From positions 1 to 62,035 of the IMG/VR virus record IMGVR_UViG_3300046170_000133: a DNA stretch of 62,035 nt. One strand, 5' to 3'. This DNA is from a virus (taxonomy: Duplodnaviria; Caudoviricetes). The translations under genes and the position numbers were made by a program. Each line of letters starts with the position of its first letter. The first letter of the stretch is position 1. Shown piece by piece: positions 9,561 to 20,200 of this stretch. A model generated the notes under the pieces. It ran no database searches. It had not been told where the DNA came from and worked only from the letters and a program-made list of their open reading frames with translations.

Positions 9561-10148
9561 ATGGCTTCATCAGCTACACCTATGGGTGCTAGACCAATGG
9601 GATCAGCCGTATCATGTGTTTACAATGCAAAGATTACTCACTATAAGATTGCTGCTAGTTATGGCACTTCAATCTTTTATGGTGACTTTGTAAAGTGGGC
9701 GGATGACAATCCTAATACAACAATTCAAAAGGATACTGGAACTACTTCCATGACTCCGATTGGTGTGTTTTTAGGAGTTTCTTATACTGATCCTTCTACT
9801 GGTCAAGCGACCTTTAATCAATACTATCCGGCATCTACCAATGCTAGCGATATAATGGCATACGTTGCTTCCGATCCATTCCTAGTCATGCAAATGCAAT
9901 CTGACGAATCGTTATCTCAAGATGATCTTGGGAAAAATGTAGCGGTAATTCAGACTGCTGGCTCGACTGCAATTGGAACAAGCAAGAATGCTGTCGATGG
10001 GAGTACAGCAGCTACTACTAACACTTTACCACTTAAGATTATTGACTTTGTCGATGGTCCTGATAGTGCTATTGGTGACAGTAATACTGACGTACTAGTT
10101 ATGTTTAACGCAGGACATCAGCTCCTGAATACAACCGGTATCGGTTAA
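9561..10148 (+). CDS. Capsid-associated/decoration-like protein
   Basis: GAGGAG RBS, beta-rich, directly before major capsid. Confidence 0.65.
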   Translation: MASSATPMGARPMGSAVSCVYNAKITHYKIAASYGTSIFYGDFVKWADDNPNTTIQKDTGTTSMTPIGVFLGVSYTDPSTGQATFNQYYPASTNASDIMAYVASDPFLVMQMQSDESLSQDDLGKNVAVIQTAGSTAIGTSKNAVDGSTAATTNTLPLKIIDFVDGPDSAIGDSNTDVLVMFNAGHQLLNTTGIG

Positions 10149-10160
10149 GGAGAATAAATT

Positions 10161-11072
10161 ATGGCTGCAATATCAAGAGCGAATGAGCTTAAACAGCTCC
10201 TTCCGGGATTAAATGCCCTCTTTGGCGAAGAGTACACAATGCATGAAAACCAGCATGAAGAAATTTATGCGACTGAAAACTCCGAAAGAAGTTTCGAAGA
10301 AGAGTTAAAGTTATCAGGTTTCGGTGCTGCTCCAGTAAAAGATGAAGGTTCTGCTATCAATTACGATACAGCACAAGAGTCTTTTGTCGCTAGATATACT
10401 CACGAAACAATAGCTATGGGATATGCTATAACAGAAGAAGCTATGGAGGATAACCTCTATGTCTCGCTTTCTGCTAGATATACCAAAGCCTTGGCTCGTG
10501 CAATGGCGTACACAAAACAAGTAAAAGCAACTTCATTGTTAAACAATGGATTTACTTCTTTTAATAGTGGTGATGGTGTTACTTTATTTAGCACAGCTCA
10601 CCCACTTGTTAATGGTGCAACTAACTCAAACAGACCTGCAACTGGTGCTGACTTGAATGAAACATCTTTAGAAGATGCAGTAATTCAAATCGGAAAATAC
10701 ACCGATGAGCGTGGTCTCAAAATAGCTGCAAGACCTCAGAAGTTAATCATACCTTCTGATCTTCAGTTCGTAGCAACTAGATTGTTACAGAGTGACTATC
10801 GAGTTGGTACAGCAGATAATGACATTAACGCTATCAAAACTAACGGAGTAATTCCTGAAGGTTTTGTTGTTAACAATTATCTTACTGATACCAATGCGTT
10901 CTTCATTACCACAGATATACCTGATGGTATGAAGCACTTTGTTAGAAGTCCTATGACTACTAGCATGGATGGTGACTTTGATACTGGCAACGTCAGATAC
11001 AAAGCTAGAGAAAGATATTCCTTTGGAGTATCTGATCCACTAGGTATCTTCGGAAGTCCGGGGTCTAGTTAA
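10161..11072 (+). CDS. Major capsid protein (Mu gpT-like family, HK97 fold)
   Basis: ISRANELKQLLPGLNALFG, ARYTKALARAM, YKARERYSFG; strong RBS; followed by terminator. Confidence 0.92.
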   Translation: MAAISRANELKQLLPGLNALFGEEYTMHENQHEEIYATENSERSFEEELKLSGFGAAPVKDEGSAINYDTAQESFVARYTHETIAMGYAITEEAMEDNLYVSLSARYTKALARAMAYTKQVKATSLLNNGFTSFNSGDGVTLFSTAHPLVNGATNSNRPATGADLNETSLEDAVIQIGKYTDERGLKIAARPQKLIIPSDLQFVATRLLQSDYRVGTADNDINAIKTNGVIPEGFVVNNYLTDTNAFFITTDIPDGMKHFVRSPMTTSMDGDFDTGNVRYKARERYSFGVSDPLGIFGSPGSS

Positions 11073-11083
11073 TAGATAGAATT

Positions 11084-11108
11084 AAGGGAAGCTTCGGCTT
11101 CCCTTTTT
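11084..11108 (+). terminator. Rho-independent terminator
   Basis: AAGGGAAGC-TTCG-GCTTCCCTT followed by T-run. Confidence 0.88.
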
Positions 11109-11112
11109 CTGT

Positions 11113-11175
11113 TTCTAGGATTTTTTAAAACTATCTATCGACTGTCCTAGCAGACTTGCCAAGACGATAGATTTA
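11113..11175 (+). ncRNA. Pseudoknotted RNA element, probably Mu-gpT-DE motif
   Basis: ATCTATCG (11133-40) pairs with CGATAGAT (11165-72); CTAGGA (11115-20) pairs with loop TCCTAG (11145-50); lies downstream of a gpT-like capsid gene. Confidence 0.55.
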
Positions 11176-11191
11176 ATTAAGGAGACTTAAT

Positions 11192-11647
11192 ATGGCGACA
11201 ACAACATTCACAGGTCCTGTAAAAGCAGGAACTATTAAAAACACAACAGGAACTACAGTAGGTACAGATGTAACTAATATCGGCTCAGTAGTTATGGCAC
11301 AAAGTGCTGTAATAGATATACTCGGTGCTAGTCACTTAAATCAAGTAGTAGCTACAATTCCTGCAAATTCACAAATTATAGATGTAGTATTAAATGTTAC
11401 TACTGTAAATAATGATGGCGGTGCAGCAACTGTATCTATTGGTACAGTAGCAGACGGAAACGCTTTTATCGATGGTCAGAATGTAAAAGCTTTAGCTACT
11501 ACTAGAGGTACTTTAGATACTGAAGCAACTGATGTAGGCACTACTGACATCCAAGTTTTAGCAGACTTTACAGGAGCTAATGGCGATTCAACTACCGGAA
11601 CTGCTTCAGCTACAGTAATGTATATTCAAAATAACAACTTAAGCTAA
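11192..11647 (+). CDS. Virion structural protein
   Basis: MATTTFTGPVKAG N-terminus typical of post-capsid genes; beta-rich; AAGGAG RBS. Confidence 0.7.
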   Translation: MATTTFTGPVKAGTIKNTTGTTVGTDVTNIGSVVMAQSAVIDILGASHLNQVVATIPANSQIIDVVLNVTTVNNDGGAATVSIGTVADGNAFIDGQNVKALATTRGTLDTEATDVGTTDIQVLADFTGANGDSTTGTASATVMYIQNNNLS

Positions 11648-11657
11648 TAGGTAAATT

Positions 11658-12065
11658 ATGGCAGATGCAGTAACAACTCAAACCATCATTGATGGTGAAA
11701 GAAACTGTGTTATGAAGTTCACCAATGTTAGCGATGGCTCTGGCGAGTCAGCAGTAGCTAAAGTAGACGTTTCTGCTTTAGCTGCTAACGCTAATAGCAA
11801 AGCATGTTCTGAAGTAAGAATCATGCGAGTCAGCCATGCGATAGTCGGTATGTCAGTTCAATTATTATTTAATGCTACTTCTAATGTATTAGCTATGGAG
11901 TTAGCAGAAAGTAGTAACGGACATATGGACTTCCACAGCTTTGGCGGTGTTCCAAACAATGCAGGTACAGGCAAGAATGGTGACATTCTGTTTACAACTA
12001 AAGGTCACTCTTCGGGTGATACTTATTCTATAACTTTAGAAATGACTAAAGTTTATTCTGATTAA
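11658..12065 (+). CDS. Virion structural protein
   Basis: MADAVTTQTIIDG...GDILFTT. Confidence 0.65.
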   Translation: MADAVTTQTIIDGERNCVMKFTNVSDGSGESAVAKVDVSALAANANSKACSEVRIMRVSHAIVGMSVQLLFNATSNVLAMELAESSNGHMDFHSFGGVPNNAGTGKNGDILFTTKGHSSGDTYSITLEMTKVYSD

Positions 12066-12076
12066 AGGAGAAAATT

Positions 12077-12375
12077 ATGGCTAAGAAAAAATCTATTATC
12101 TCTGAAACAGGAGAATTTCCACCCGCTTATAATGTTTTGACAGAAGGCGATAATGGAATTTGGCTCAAAGTATTTGGACCTGATCCTGATTTAGAAGACG
12201 CACAAAGGAAAGCAGACGAACTCAATGGTGTAAGAGCTAGAGACAGCAAAGGGACATTACATAGCTGATGATCCTTCTACACCTGAGAATGAAGCTTATG
12301 TCGGTGGTAAAACACCTAAGAAAACTAAAGCTAAGAAGACAACTAAGAAGAAAACTTCTAAAGCTAAAAAATAAC
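12077..12375 (+). CDS. Hypothetical protein with Lys-rich tail (probable frameshift ~12250)
   Basis: AAGGAG RBS; RARDSKG continues as YIADDPSTPENEAY in another frame. Confidence 0.5.
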
Positions 12376-12385
12376 GAGGGCAATT

Positions 12386-12583
12386 ATGGATGCTAAAAAA
12401 AATAAAAAGTATATGGCTGGCGGTGGCAAAATGAAAAAGTACATGGCTGGTGGCGGTAAGATGAAGAAGTACATGGCTGGCGGTGGTGCTACCAATGAAC
12501 CTAAAGTCGAAGCTTACAAAGACTATGTGCAAAGAATGTTTGGTGGCGGTGTTACAGGACCAGCCATGAAGAAAAACAAATAA
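12386..12583 (+). CDS. Small basic protein with 3x KKYMAGGG repeat
   Basis: 30-nt tandem repeat, in frame. Confidence 0.75.
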   Translation: MDAKKNKKYMAGGGKMKKYMAGGGKMKKYMAGGGATNEPKVEAYKDYVQRMFGGGVTGPAMKKNK

Positions 12584-12604
12584 TAAACCAGTCACATATT
12601 TTGC

Positions 12605-12898
12605 ATGGCTAGAAGTACAAAGGACTCAAGGCTAAAACGAGCTGGGGTTAGCGGGTATAACAAACCCAAGCGTACACCTAGTCATCCCAAGAAATCTCAT
12701 ATTGTTGTTGCTAAAGAAGGCAGCAAAGTTAAGACTATTCGTTTTGGACAGAAAGGTGCTAAGACTGCAGGCAAACCTAAAGCGGGTGAGTCAGCTAGGA
12801 TGAAAGCCAAAAGAAAATCTTTTAAAGCTAGACATGCAAAAAATATTAAGCGTGGCAAAATGTCAGCAGCTTACTGGGCAGATAAGGTGAAGTGGTGA
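12605..12898 (+). CDS. Small basic protein
   Basis: TIRFGQKG...SFKARH...AAYWADKVKW, recurrent in marine phages. Confidence 0.75.
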   Translation: MARSTKDSRLKRAGVSGYNKPKRTPSHPKKSHIVVAKEGSKVKTIRFGQKGAKTAGKPKAGESARMKAKRKSFKARHAKNIKRGKMSAAYWADKVKW

Positions 12899-13077
12899 GC
12901 AAACAAAAAAAATCAACAGTTAACAAAGCAGGTAATTATACTAAACCTACTATGCGAAAGAATTTATTCAATCGAATAAAAGCGGGAGGCAAAGGCGGTA
13001 AGCCGGGTCAATGGAGTGCTAGAAAGGCACAGATGTTGGCTAAACAATACAAAGCTAAAGGCGGAGGATATAAATAA
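12892..13077 (+). CDS. Small basic protein
   Basis: GQWSARKAQMLAKQYKAKGGGYK. Confidence 0.7.
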   Translation: MVSKQKKSTVNKAGNYTKPTMRKNLFNRIKAGGKGGKPGQWSARKAQMLAKQYKAKGGGYK

Positions 13078-13226
13078 TGGAAACCTTTATTGGCATTATA
13101 GTAATACTTGCGATTGCAATATTACTTATTAAAAAATACAAACCTTCTTGGTACGAAGTTGCTAAGAATTATTTTACTAACACGATCACAAGCAACAAAA
13201 AAACTACTAAGTCTAAAAAGAAATAG
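13077..13226 (+). CDS. Small membrane protein (49 aa, not in ORF track)
   Basis: MENLIGIIVILAIAILLIKKYKPSWY...; overlaps upstream stop codon. Confidence 0.55.
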   Translation: METFIGIIVILAIAILLIKKYKPSWYEVAKNYFTNTITSNKKTTKSKKK

Positions 13227-13229
13227 TAA

Positions 13230-13925
13230 ATGTCTTACCTAATAAGTAACATTCCACATTTTAAATGTTGGGTAAGAAGAGAGTTTACAACTAACCATCA
13301 GAAATATCATGGAGAGTTTCTTCATGCTATAGCTATTGCAGTTAATACAATTCCAGATCGTTCTCTTAGTTTTCAAGTTGTCTTTACAGGTTGTGAAGCT
13401 GATAACGAAGAAGGCATGGAAAATGTACATGGTGGTGCTATGTGGGCAAGAATGCCTATTCAAGCTTTAGTAGCAGACATACCTGTTGAAGAGTGGGCAA
13501 TGCCTATGCCTGATCATATGTGTCAACCTTGGGATTGTGAATCTAGAGATCACTCGGTAATCATTATGGATAGAGTCAGTTCTAGTCCTTGGATAGCCAA
13601 GATTAATAATGACTTTTATACAGCTAAGTATTTGTTTACAGTTGATTATACTGATCATCATATTGCTGATGATCCAGCACAACACAAACAATCTCACGTT
13701 ATGTATGTAACTGAAGAAGGTGAATGGCAAGGCAATATAGTTGCTTTACCTAATAACAGAGTAAGAGCAACCAGTCCTGCTTTATGGGCAACTGGGGAAG
13801 GACCACCAGATTTTAGACCTTCTCAATATTTGCACTCAGCAGAAGGACATGAAAGCTATCTTGATCCAAACATTACATTTAATAATTTATATAGCGAAGG
13901 AGTAGAAACAGATGAAACTGAATAG
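13230..13925 (+). CDS. Conserved phage protein of unknown function
   Basis: 231-aa ORF; GGAMWARMPI, QPWDC, HKQSH, LPNNRV motifs. Confidence 0.75.
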   Translation: MSYLISNIPHFKCWVRREFTTNHQKYHGEFLHAIAIAVNTIPDRSLSFQVVFTGCEADNEEGMENVHGGAMWARMPIQALVADIPVEEWAMPMPDHMCQPWDCESRDHSVIIMDRVSSSPWIAKINNDFYTAKYLFTVDYTDHHIADDPAQHKQSHVMYVTEEGEWQGNIVALPNNRVRATSPALWATGEGPPDFRPSQYLHSAEGHESYLDPNITFNNLYSEGVETDETE

Positions 13926-14061
13926 ACGACAAAAGGAAACTTTAAAAAAACATAGCAAGCATCATACAAAAAAACACATGGATGAAATGGTAAAATCTAT
14001 GAAAACAGGCGTTAAGTTTGGTGATGCTCATAAAAAAGCTTTGAAGAAAGTTGGTAAGTAA
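13912..14061 (+). CDS. Small His/Lys-rich protein (49 aa, not in ORF track)
   Basis: MKLNRRQKETLKKHSKHHTKKHM...AHKKALKKVGK, open frame overlapping both neighbours. Confidence 0.6.
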   Translation: MKLNRRQKETLKKHSKHHTKKHMDEMVKSMKTGVKFGDAHKKALKKVGK

Positions 14062-14297
14062 TGCCCTTAAAAAAATCGCAACGATCACTAAAGGATTGGG
14101 GTTCACAGAAGTGGCGTACTTCTGATGGCAAACCTAGCAAGGGTAAAAAAAGATATTTACCTGACAAAGCTTGGAAAGCTTTATCTGCTTCTGAAAAATC
14201 TGCAACTAATAAAGCTAAAGCTAAAGGTAATAGAAAAGGTAAACAATTTGTTAAGCAACCAAAAAGCATAGCAAAAAAAACAGCGAGGTATCGATGA
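14061..14297 (+). CDS. Small basic protein
   Basis: SQRSLKDWGSQKWRT...RYLP...KQFVKQP. Confidence 0.7.
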   Translation: MPLKKSQRSLKDWGSQKWRTSDGKPSKGKKRYLPDKAWKALSASEKSATNKAKAKGNRKGKQFVKQPKSIAKKTARYR

Positions 14298-14402
14298 CTA
14301 TTTCAAGAACCAATATGCGTAACCAAGTTACTAAAAATGGTAAAAAAAAAAGAATCGTAACAAAAGAAACAAAAGGTAACTTAACAATAACAAGAATAAG
14401 AT

Positions 14403-15095
14403 ATGGCGACTAGCGGAACTACTACATTCAATTTAGATTTAACTGAGATCATGGAAGAAGCCTTTGATCTTTGCGGTGTATCTATGATGTCAGGTGGAGA
14501 CTTCAATACTGCTAAACGTGCTTTAAATTTAATCTTTCTTGAATGGCAAAACAAAGGCTTAAATCTTTGGAAAGTAGAACAGGCTTCGGTAAGCTTAGTA
14601 GCAGGCACAAGTTCTTATGCAGCAAATTCTGCAGCATTAGAAATAGTAGATGCCTTTATTAGAACGGATGCAAATGATACAGATAAACAAATAGACACAA
14701 AGCTTAGAAGAATATCTAGAGTTGAATACAACCACCAAGCAAAAAAACTTACGCAGTCTAAACCTTCTCAGTATTATGTAGACAAAGGTACATCTGATAT
14801 AAATTTAGTAGTTTGGTCTACCCCAGACTCAGCACAGACGTATACTTTATTTTATGACTACATAAAAAGAATTGAAGATGCAGGTGCAAATGCAGATGTA
14901 AACCCCGATGTACCTGCTAGATATTTACCCTGTCTAACTTATGCTTTAGCTTTGAATGTAGCTATGAAATATCCTGAAGCAAATCCAAAAGTGCCTTTGT
15001 TAAAACAAAGATATGATGAGCTTTGGCGTGAGGTTTCTGAATCAGACAGAGAAAGAGCAGCAATAAAATTTGTACCTGATCTAGGATCGTACTAA
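14403..15095 (+). CDS. Head-tail adaptor / tail tubular-like protein
   Basis: MATSGTTTF, EWQNKGLNLW, PARYLPCL; late structural context. Confidence 0.65.
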   Translation: MATSGTTTFNLDLTEIMEEAFDLCGVSMMSGGDFNTAKRALNLIFLEWQNKGLNLWKVEQASVSLVAGTSSYAANSAALEIVDAFIRTDANDTDKQIDTKLRRISRVEYNHQAKKLTQSKPSQYYVDKGTSDINLVVWSTPDSAQTYTLFYDYIKRIEDAGANADVNPDVPARYLPCLTYALALNVAMKYPEANPKVPLLKQRYDELWREVSESDRERAAIKFVPDLGSY

Positions 15096-15895
15096 TGGCA
15101 TATGCAGCAGGAAAAAAAGCTTTAGGTATTTGTGATCGTTGTGGTTTTACAGTTAAACTAAAAGACTTAAAATACGAAGTAAGAGATTCAAGTCGAACTG
15201 GTTTTAGAGTTTGTATTAATTGTTTAGACCAAGATCATCCTCAGTTAAAAATAGGTGATGTAGATACCTCAGAAAAAATTTCTTTATTTAATCCTAGACC
15301 AGATACTGGCGAGCAAGACTCAACTATTTACTTTGGTTTTAATCCTGTCTCAAGTACAGGAAGTGTGCTTCGAGCTGAATTAGGCATAGCTAAAGTGCAA
15401 TCAGTAGTCCAAGGCGGAGGATCATCTAGCACACCTTTTACACTTACAAGTTTGTCTGCAACAGCTTTGTTAGGTACAGCTATAGTTACATCTAATGTAA
15501 CTCAAGTAGCAGTTACAGGTAATACAGCAACAAATTCAGTAGGTTCTGTATCTACTTTAATTGGCACAACTTTTGCAGTAACTGTTGCTGCTTACTATGG
15601 AGCAAACAAATATTATATAGATGGTACAAGACAAGCTACTGTTACTTTGAGTGAAGGTGCTACTTATACATTTGACCAATCTAATTCAAGTAATGCTGGA
15701 CACCCATTAAGATTTTCAACAACCTCTGACGGAACTCATGGTAGTGGCTCTGAATATACAACTGGAGTTACAACTAATGGAACTCCGGGATCAGCAGGAG
15801 CTTACACAAGAATTACTGTAGCGGTTGGCACACCAACACTTTATTATTACTGCACGAATCATTCAGGAATGGGTGGTCAGGCTAATACACCATAA
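15095..15895 (+). CDS. Virion protein: N-terminal CxxC...CxxC domain plus C-terminal cupredoxin-like domain
   Basis: ICDRCGF...VCINC; GHPLRF...LYYYCTNHSGMGG. Confidence 0.65.
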   Translation: MAYAAGKKALGICDRCGFTVKLKDLKYEVRDSSRTGFRVCINCLDQDHPQLKIGDVDTSEKISLFNPRPDTGEQDSTIYFGFNPVSSTGSVLRAELGIAKVQSVVQGGGSSSTPFTLTSLSATALLGTAIVTSNVTQVAVTGNTATNSVGSVSTLIGTTFAVTVAAYYGANKYYIDGTRQATVTLSEGATYTFDQSNSSNAGHPLRFSTTSDGTHGSGSEYTTGVTTNGTPGSAGAYTRITVAVGTPTLYYYCTNHSGMGGQANTP

Positions 15896-15899
15896 CACT

Positions 15900-16541
15900 A
15901 TGACTTATTCAGAATTAAAAAATTTAATACAAAATTATTTAGAAAACTCAGAGACTACTTTTGTAAATGATCTGCCACAAATAATTAAACAAGCAGAAGA
16001 AAGAATACTAAAGTCAGTTAAGCTGCCAAACTTTAGAAAAAATGTGCAAGGTAATTTAACTGCTGGTAATCAATATCTTTCTACGCCTAGTGATTTTTTA
16101 GATAATTTTTCTTTAGCAGTTATCTCAGGTACAACTCAAAACTTTTTGTACTTTCGTGATGTTAATTATATTAGAGAAGCTTATCCTGATACTTCAACAC
16201 AAGGAGAACCTAGTAACTATGCGTTATTTGATGACGATACTTTTATTGTTGCACCGACACCAAATGTAAACTATACCGCAGAGTTGCATTATTTTTATCG
16301 ACCAGCTTCAATAACTGCTGGTGCTGACTCAGGAGAAACATGGTTATCTAAAAATGCAAGCAATGCTTTATTATATGGTTGTTTGATAGAAGGCTATACT
16401 TACATGAAAGGTTCACAAGATTTACAAGCTGAGTATGAAAAGAGATATTTCCAAGCAGTCTCTAGATTAAAAAATCTTGGCGAAGCAGATAATACTATAG
16501 ATACTTATAGTTCCGGACAACTTAGACAACAGAGGACTTAA
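15900..16541 (+). CDS. Head-tail adaptor-like protein
   Basis: MTYSELKNLIQNYLE, APTPN, LLYGCLIE. Confidence 0.65.
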   Translation: MTYSELKNLIQNYLENSETTFVNDLPQIIKQAEERILKSVKLPNFRKNVQGNLTAGNQYLSTPSDFLDNFSLAVISGTTQNFLYFRDVNYIREAYPDTSTQGEPSNYALFDDDTFIVAPTPNVNYTAELHYFYRPASITAGADSGETWLSKNASNALLYGCLIEGYTYMKGSQDLQAEYEKRYFQAVSRLKNLGEADNTIDTYSSGQLRQQRT

Positions 16542-16831
16542 TGTTAAGCGTAGATAGTAAACCAGAAATAGGGACAGTAGATGTAGTAACTACATCAAAT
16601 AAAGGTTTGAGTCCAGAATATTGGACTGAAAGGATACTTGAGCGAATCGTTTCTATAAGTGAGACAGCCGACCCTATGGTCAAAGCACAGGCTGAAGCAT
16701 TTAAAGAATCTATTGCCCAAGTTATTTTAATTTATATTAGACAAGCAATTGCAAGTGACAGAAGTACAGTTGCTGGTCTGTTAGAAAAACAAGGTCATAA
16801 AGATATGGCTAATATTATAAGGAGGCTATAA
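16541..16831 (+). CDS. Hypothetical structural-region protein
   Basis: Coupled ORF. Confidence 0.6.
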   Translation: MLSVDSKPEIGTVDVVTTSNKGLSPEYWTERILERIVSISETADPMVKAQAEAFKESIAQVILIYIRQAIASDRSTVAGLLEKQGHKDMANIIRRL

Positions 16832-17262
16832 TGGCAATCTCTCAGGCAATGTGTACTTCATTTAAAAAAGAACTTTTAGAAGCAGTACACAATTTTAAAA
16901 ACTCAGGTGGTAGCACTTTTAATCTTGCTATGTATACAAGTTCTGCATCTTTGGGTGCAGCTACAACTGCATATACAACTAGTAACGAAATTTCAGGAAC
17001 TGGCTATACAGCTAAAGGCGGTGCATTAACTAGAGTTGATCCAACTACTAGTGGTACAACTGCTTTTACTGACTTCGCAGATTTAACTTTTTCTAGTTCT
17101 ACGATTACAGCTAATGGTGCATTGATCTTTAATGATAGTGCATCTGGTGATCCATCAGTTGCAGTCTTAGCTTTTGGTGGGGATAAATCATCTACCAATG
17201 GTGACTTTACAATTCAATTTCCAACAGCAGATGCTTCCAACGCAATTATAAGAATTGCATAA
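16831..17262 (+). CDS. Tail-associated structural protein
   Basis: MAISQAMCTSFKKELL...FTIQFPTADASNAIIRIA. Confidence 0.7.
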   Translation: MAISQAMCTSFKKELLEAVHNFKNSGGSTFNLAMYTSSASLGAATTAYTTSNEISGTGYTAKGGALTRVDPTTSGTTAFTDFADLTFSSSTITANGALIFNDSASGDPSVAVLAFGGDKSSTNGDFTIQFPTADASNAIIRIA

Positions 17263-20200
17263 ATGGCACTCGTATTAAACGATAGAGTAAAAGAAACTAG
17301 TACCACGTCAGGCACAGGCACGATCAATCTTGCCGGTGCTGTTACAAACTTTGAAACTTTTGTAGCTGGGATAGGTAATAGCAATACAGTTTACTATGCT
17401 ATCGTTCATCAAGATCAACCAGAATTTGAAGTAGGTATTGGTACTGTTACCGATGCATCTCCTGATACGTTGTCACGAACTACAATATTAAGTAGTTCAA
17501 ATAGTGATGGCTTAGTAAGTTTTAGTTCTGGAACTAAAGACGTATTCTGTACTTTACCAGCAAGTAAAGCAGTCTTTGAAAATGCAAGTAATGAAGTAGG
17601 AATTTCTAGTTTAAATATTGTAGATGGTTCATCTATAAATGGAACTATTACTTCATCAAGCAATTCACTTACATTAAATGGAAGAAATTCAGGTATTTTA
17701 ATATTACAAACAGGAAGTAGTGAAAGAGCTAGATTAAACTCTGACGCACTTACTTTGACAGCACCAAAGATAGCTCATGCGAGTAATTTAACAATAGATA
17801 CAGGTGGAGAAATAACTCTTGATGCTTCAGATGGCATTATAAGACTAAAAGATGATGGTACTGAATTTGGAAAAATATCACAAAATAGTAACAATTTAAG
17901 ATTTTTTAGCACTATTTCTGATGCCGACATTTTATTTCAAGGTAACGATGGTGGCTCATCTATAACAGCCCTTACCCTTGATATGTCTGCAGCAGGTAAA
18001 GCTACATTCAACTCAAGTGTATTTATAGGTAATCATTTATATCTTGGTGATAGCAAAAAAGCTATTTTTGGTGCAGGCGAAGATTTAAATATCTACCATG
18101 ATGGTAGTAATAGTTTTATACAAAATGATACTGGAATTTTAAATATAAAAAATGACGATATTAGATTTAAAACTTCTGGAGACGAAACTTCACTTAGAGC
18201 TGTAGCTAACGGAGCAGTAGAAATTATGCATAATAATTCTACTAAAATAACTACAACTTCAACAGGAGTAGACGTAACAGGCACAGTAACTGCTGATGGT
18301 TTGACTGTTGATGGTTCTGCAACATTTACTACAGCCGATAACAACCCACAGCTAACACTTATTTCTACAGATGCAGATGCTAATGTTGGTCCAGTTTTAA
18401 ACCTATATAGAAATAGTGCTAGTCCTGCCGATGGTGACGTATTAGGTCGTATTCTTTTTAAAGGCGAAGATGATGCAGGGAATGACGCTACCTTTGCTAG
18501 AATTGAAACAATCGCAACAGATGTAAGCAACGGCTCTGAAAATGCCAAAATGGAATTTTATGTTGCAATTAATGACACGTTTAATCCAAGCCTAACACTA
18601 GAAGACACAGGTGCAGCTACATTTAATTCTAGTGTAACAGCAGGAAGTTTTTTACAAGCTAATGGTCATATAAGCACAGGTTCTAACTCTGGAAGATTGA
18701 GAGCAGGATTGTTAAATCAAATTGAACTTTCACATAACGGCACTCATGGGGAGCTTGATGTTGATACAGGTAATTTAACACTTGATGTTGCTGGACAGAT
18801 TAAATTAGATGCTGATGGTGGATTTATTACTTTTGAAGATGGCGGAACACAATTTGGCTACATAGAAAATAGTAGTACAGATTTAGTCCTTGGAGCTAAC
18901 ACACAAGACAAAGACATAATTTTTAAAGGCAACGATGGCGGTAGTACAATAACTGCATTAACGCTTGATATGTCTGCAGGTGGTAAAGCTGTATTTGCAA
19001 GTAATATAGATTTTGGAGATGGTCATTTTATTGGAAATGATGGGGATGATAATTTATACATTGCAAGTAGTGCAGGAGAAAAAATTAGATTAGATTCACC
19101 AGATGAAATAATTTTAGATGCTGATGGTGGAAACATTACCTTAACCGATGGTGGCACAGCAATTGGTCAATTCCAATTAAATGATACCAACCATTTAAAA
19201 CTAGGTTCAAAAGTATCTGATGCTGATATTAGATTTTTTGGTAACGATGGTGGTTCTACTATAACTGCCCTTATTCTTGATATGTCTGAGGCAGGCACGG
19301 CTACCTTTAATAATGGTGTTGTTGTTCAAGGTGACTTGACTGTACAAGGTACTACAACAACTTTGAATACTGCTACCCTAGATGTAGAAGATAAAAACAT
19401 AACTGTAAACTTTGGCTCAGGTGATACTTCAGGTTCTGCTAATGGTGCAGGTATTACTATTCAAGATGCAGTTGATGCAAATACAGATGCAACTATTCTT
19501 TGGGATGCAAGTAATGATGAGTTTGATTTTTCACATACTGCAAATGTAACTGGAGGTGTTGTAGCTCAAACTAAATTAGCTGTAGGTGTGAGTGCTGTAC
19601 ATGGTTCTTATGGTCTATATAACCAAAACAATGCTTATTTTAATGGTGGTGTCACTATAGACGATAACTTAGCAATTACAGCAGGTTCTATATCAATTAC
19701 AGGTGATGGCAGTAATGCAACAACTTTAACTGAAAGTGGGTCAGGTGATTTTACTGTAGATACAGTAGGAAACATTGTTCTTAATGCTGATGGTGGCGGC
19801 ATACAGTTTTATGATGGTAGTGACTATATTGGTTCTTTTGGAAACTCAAGTTCTAACTTTTCAATCATGTCTAGAACAAATGATAAAGATATTGTTTTCA
19901 AAGGTATTGATGGCGGTTCTACGATTACTGCCCTTACTCTTGATATGTCTCAAGCAGGAGCAGCCACATTCAACGCAGGAGCTACCTTTGGAGGTGGTGT
20001 CACAGTAAATAGTGGTCATGTAAATATTGATGCAGGTTTATCATATCAATGGGGTGACTCACACGAAAGAATAGAACAAAGCGATGGCAATATAGAGTTT
20101 TTCACAAATAACAGTCAATCAATGACTTTATCTGGGTCAAATTTAGGAATTGGAACTACATCGCCAAATTCACCTTTAGAAGTAACTAAATCAGTAACAT

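Noticed and set aside
12264-12300. Other CTGATGA/TCATCAG occurrences as extra hammerheads (also ~48862, 48920, 58044)
   Set aside because: Inside coding sequence, with no flanking stems or correctly placed GAAA; checked by eye only
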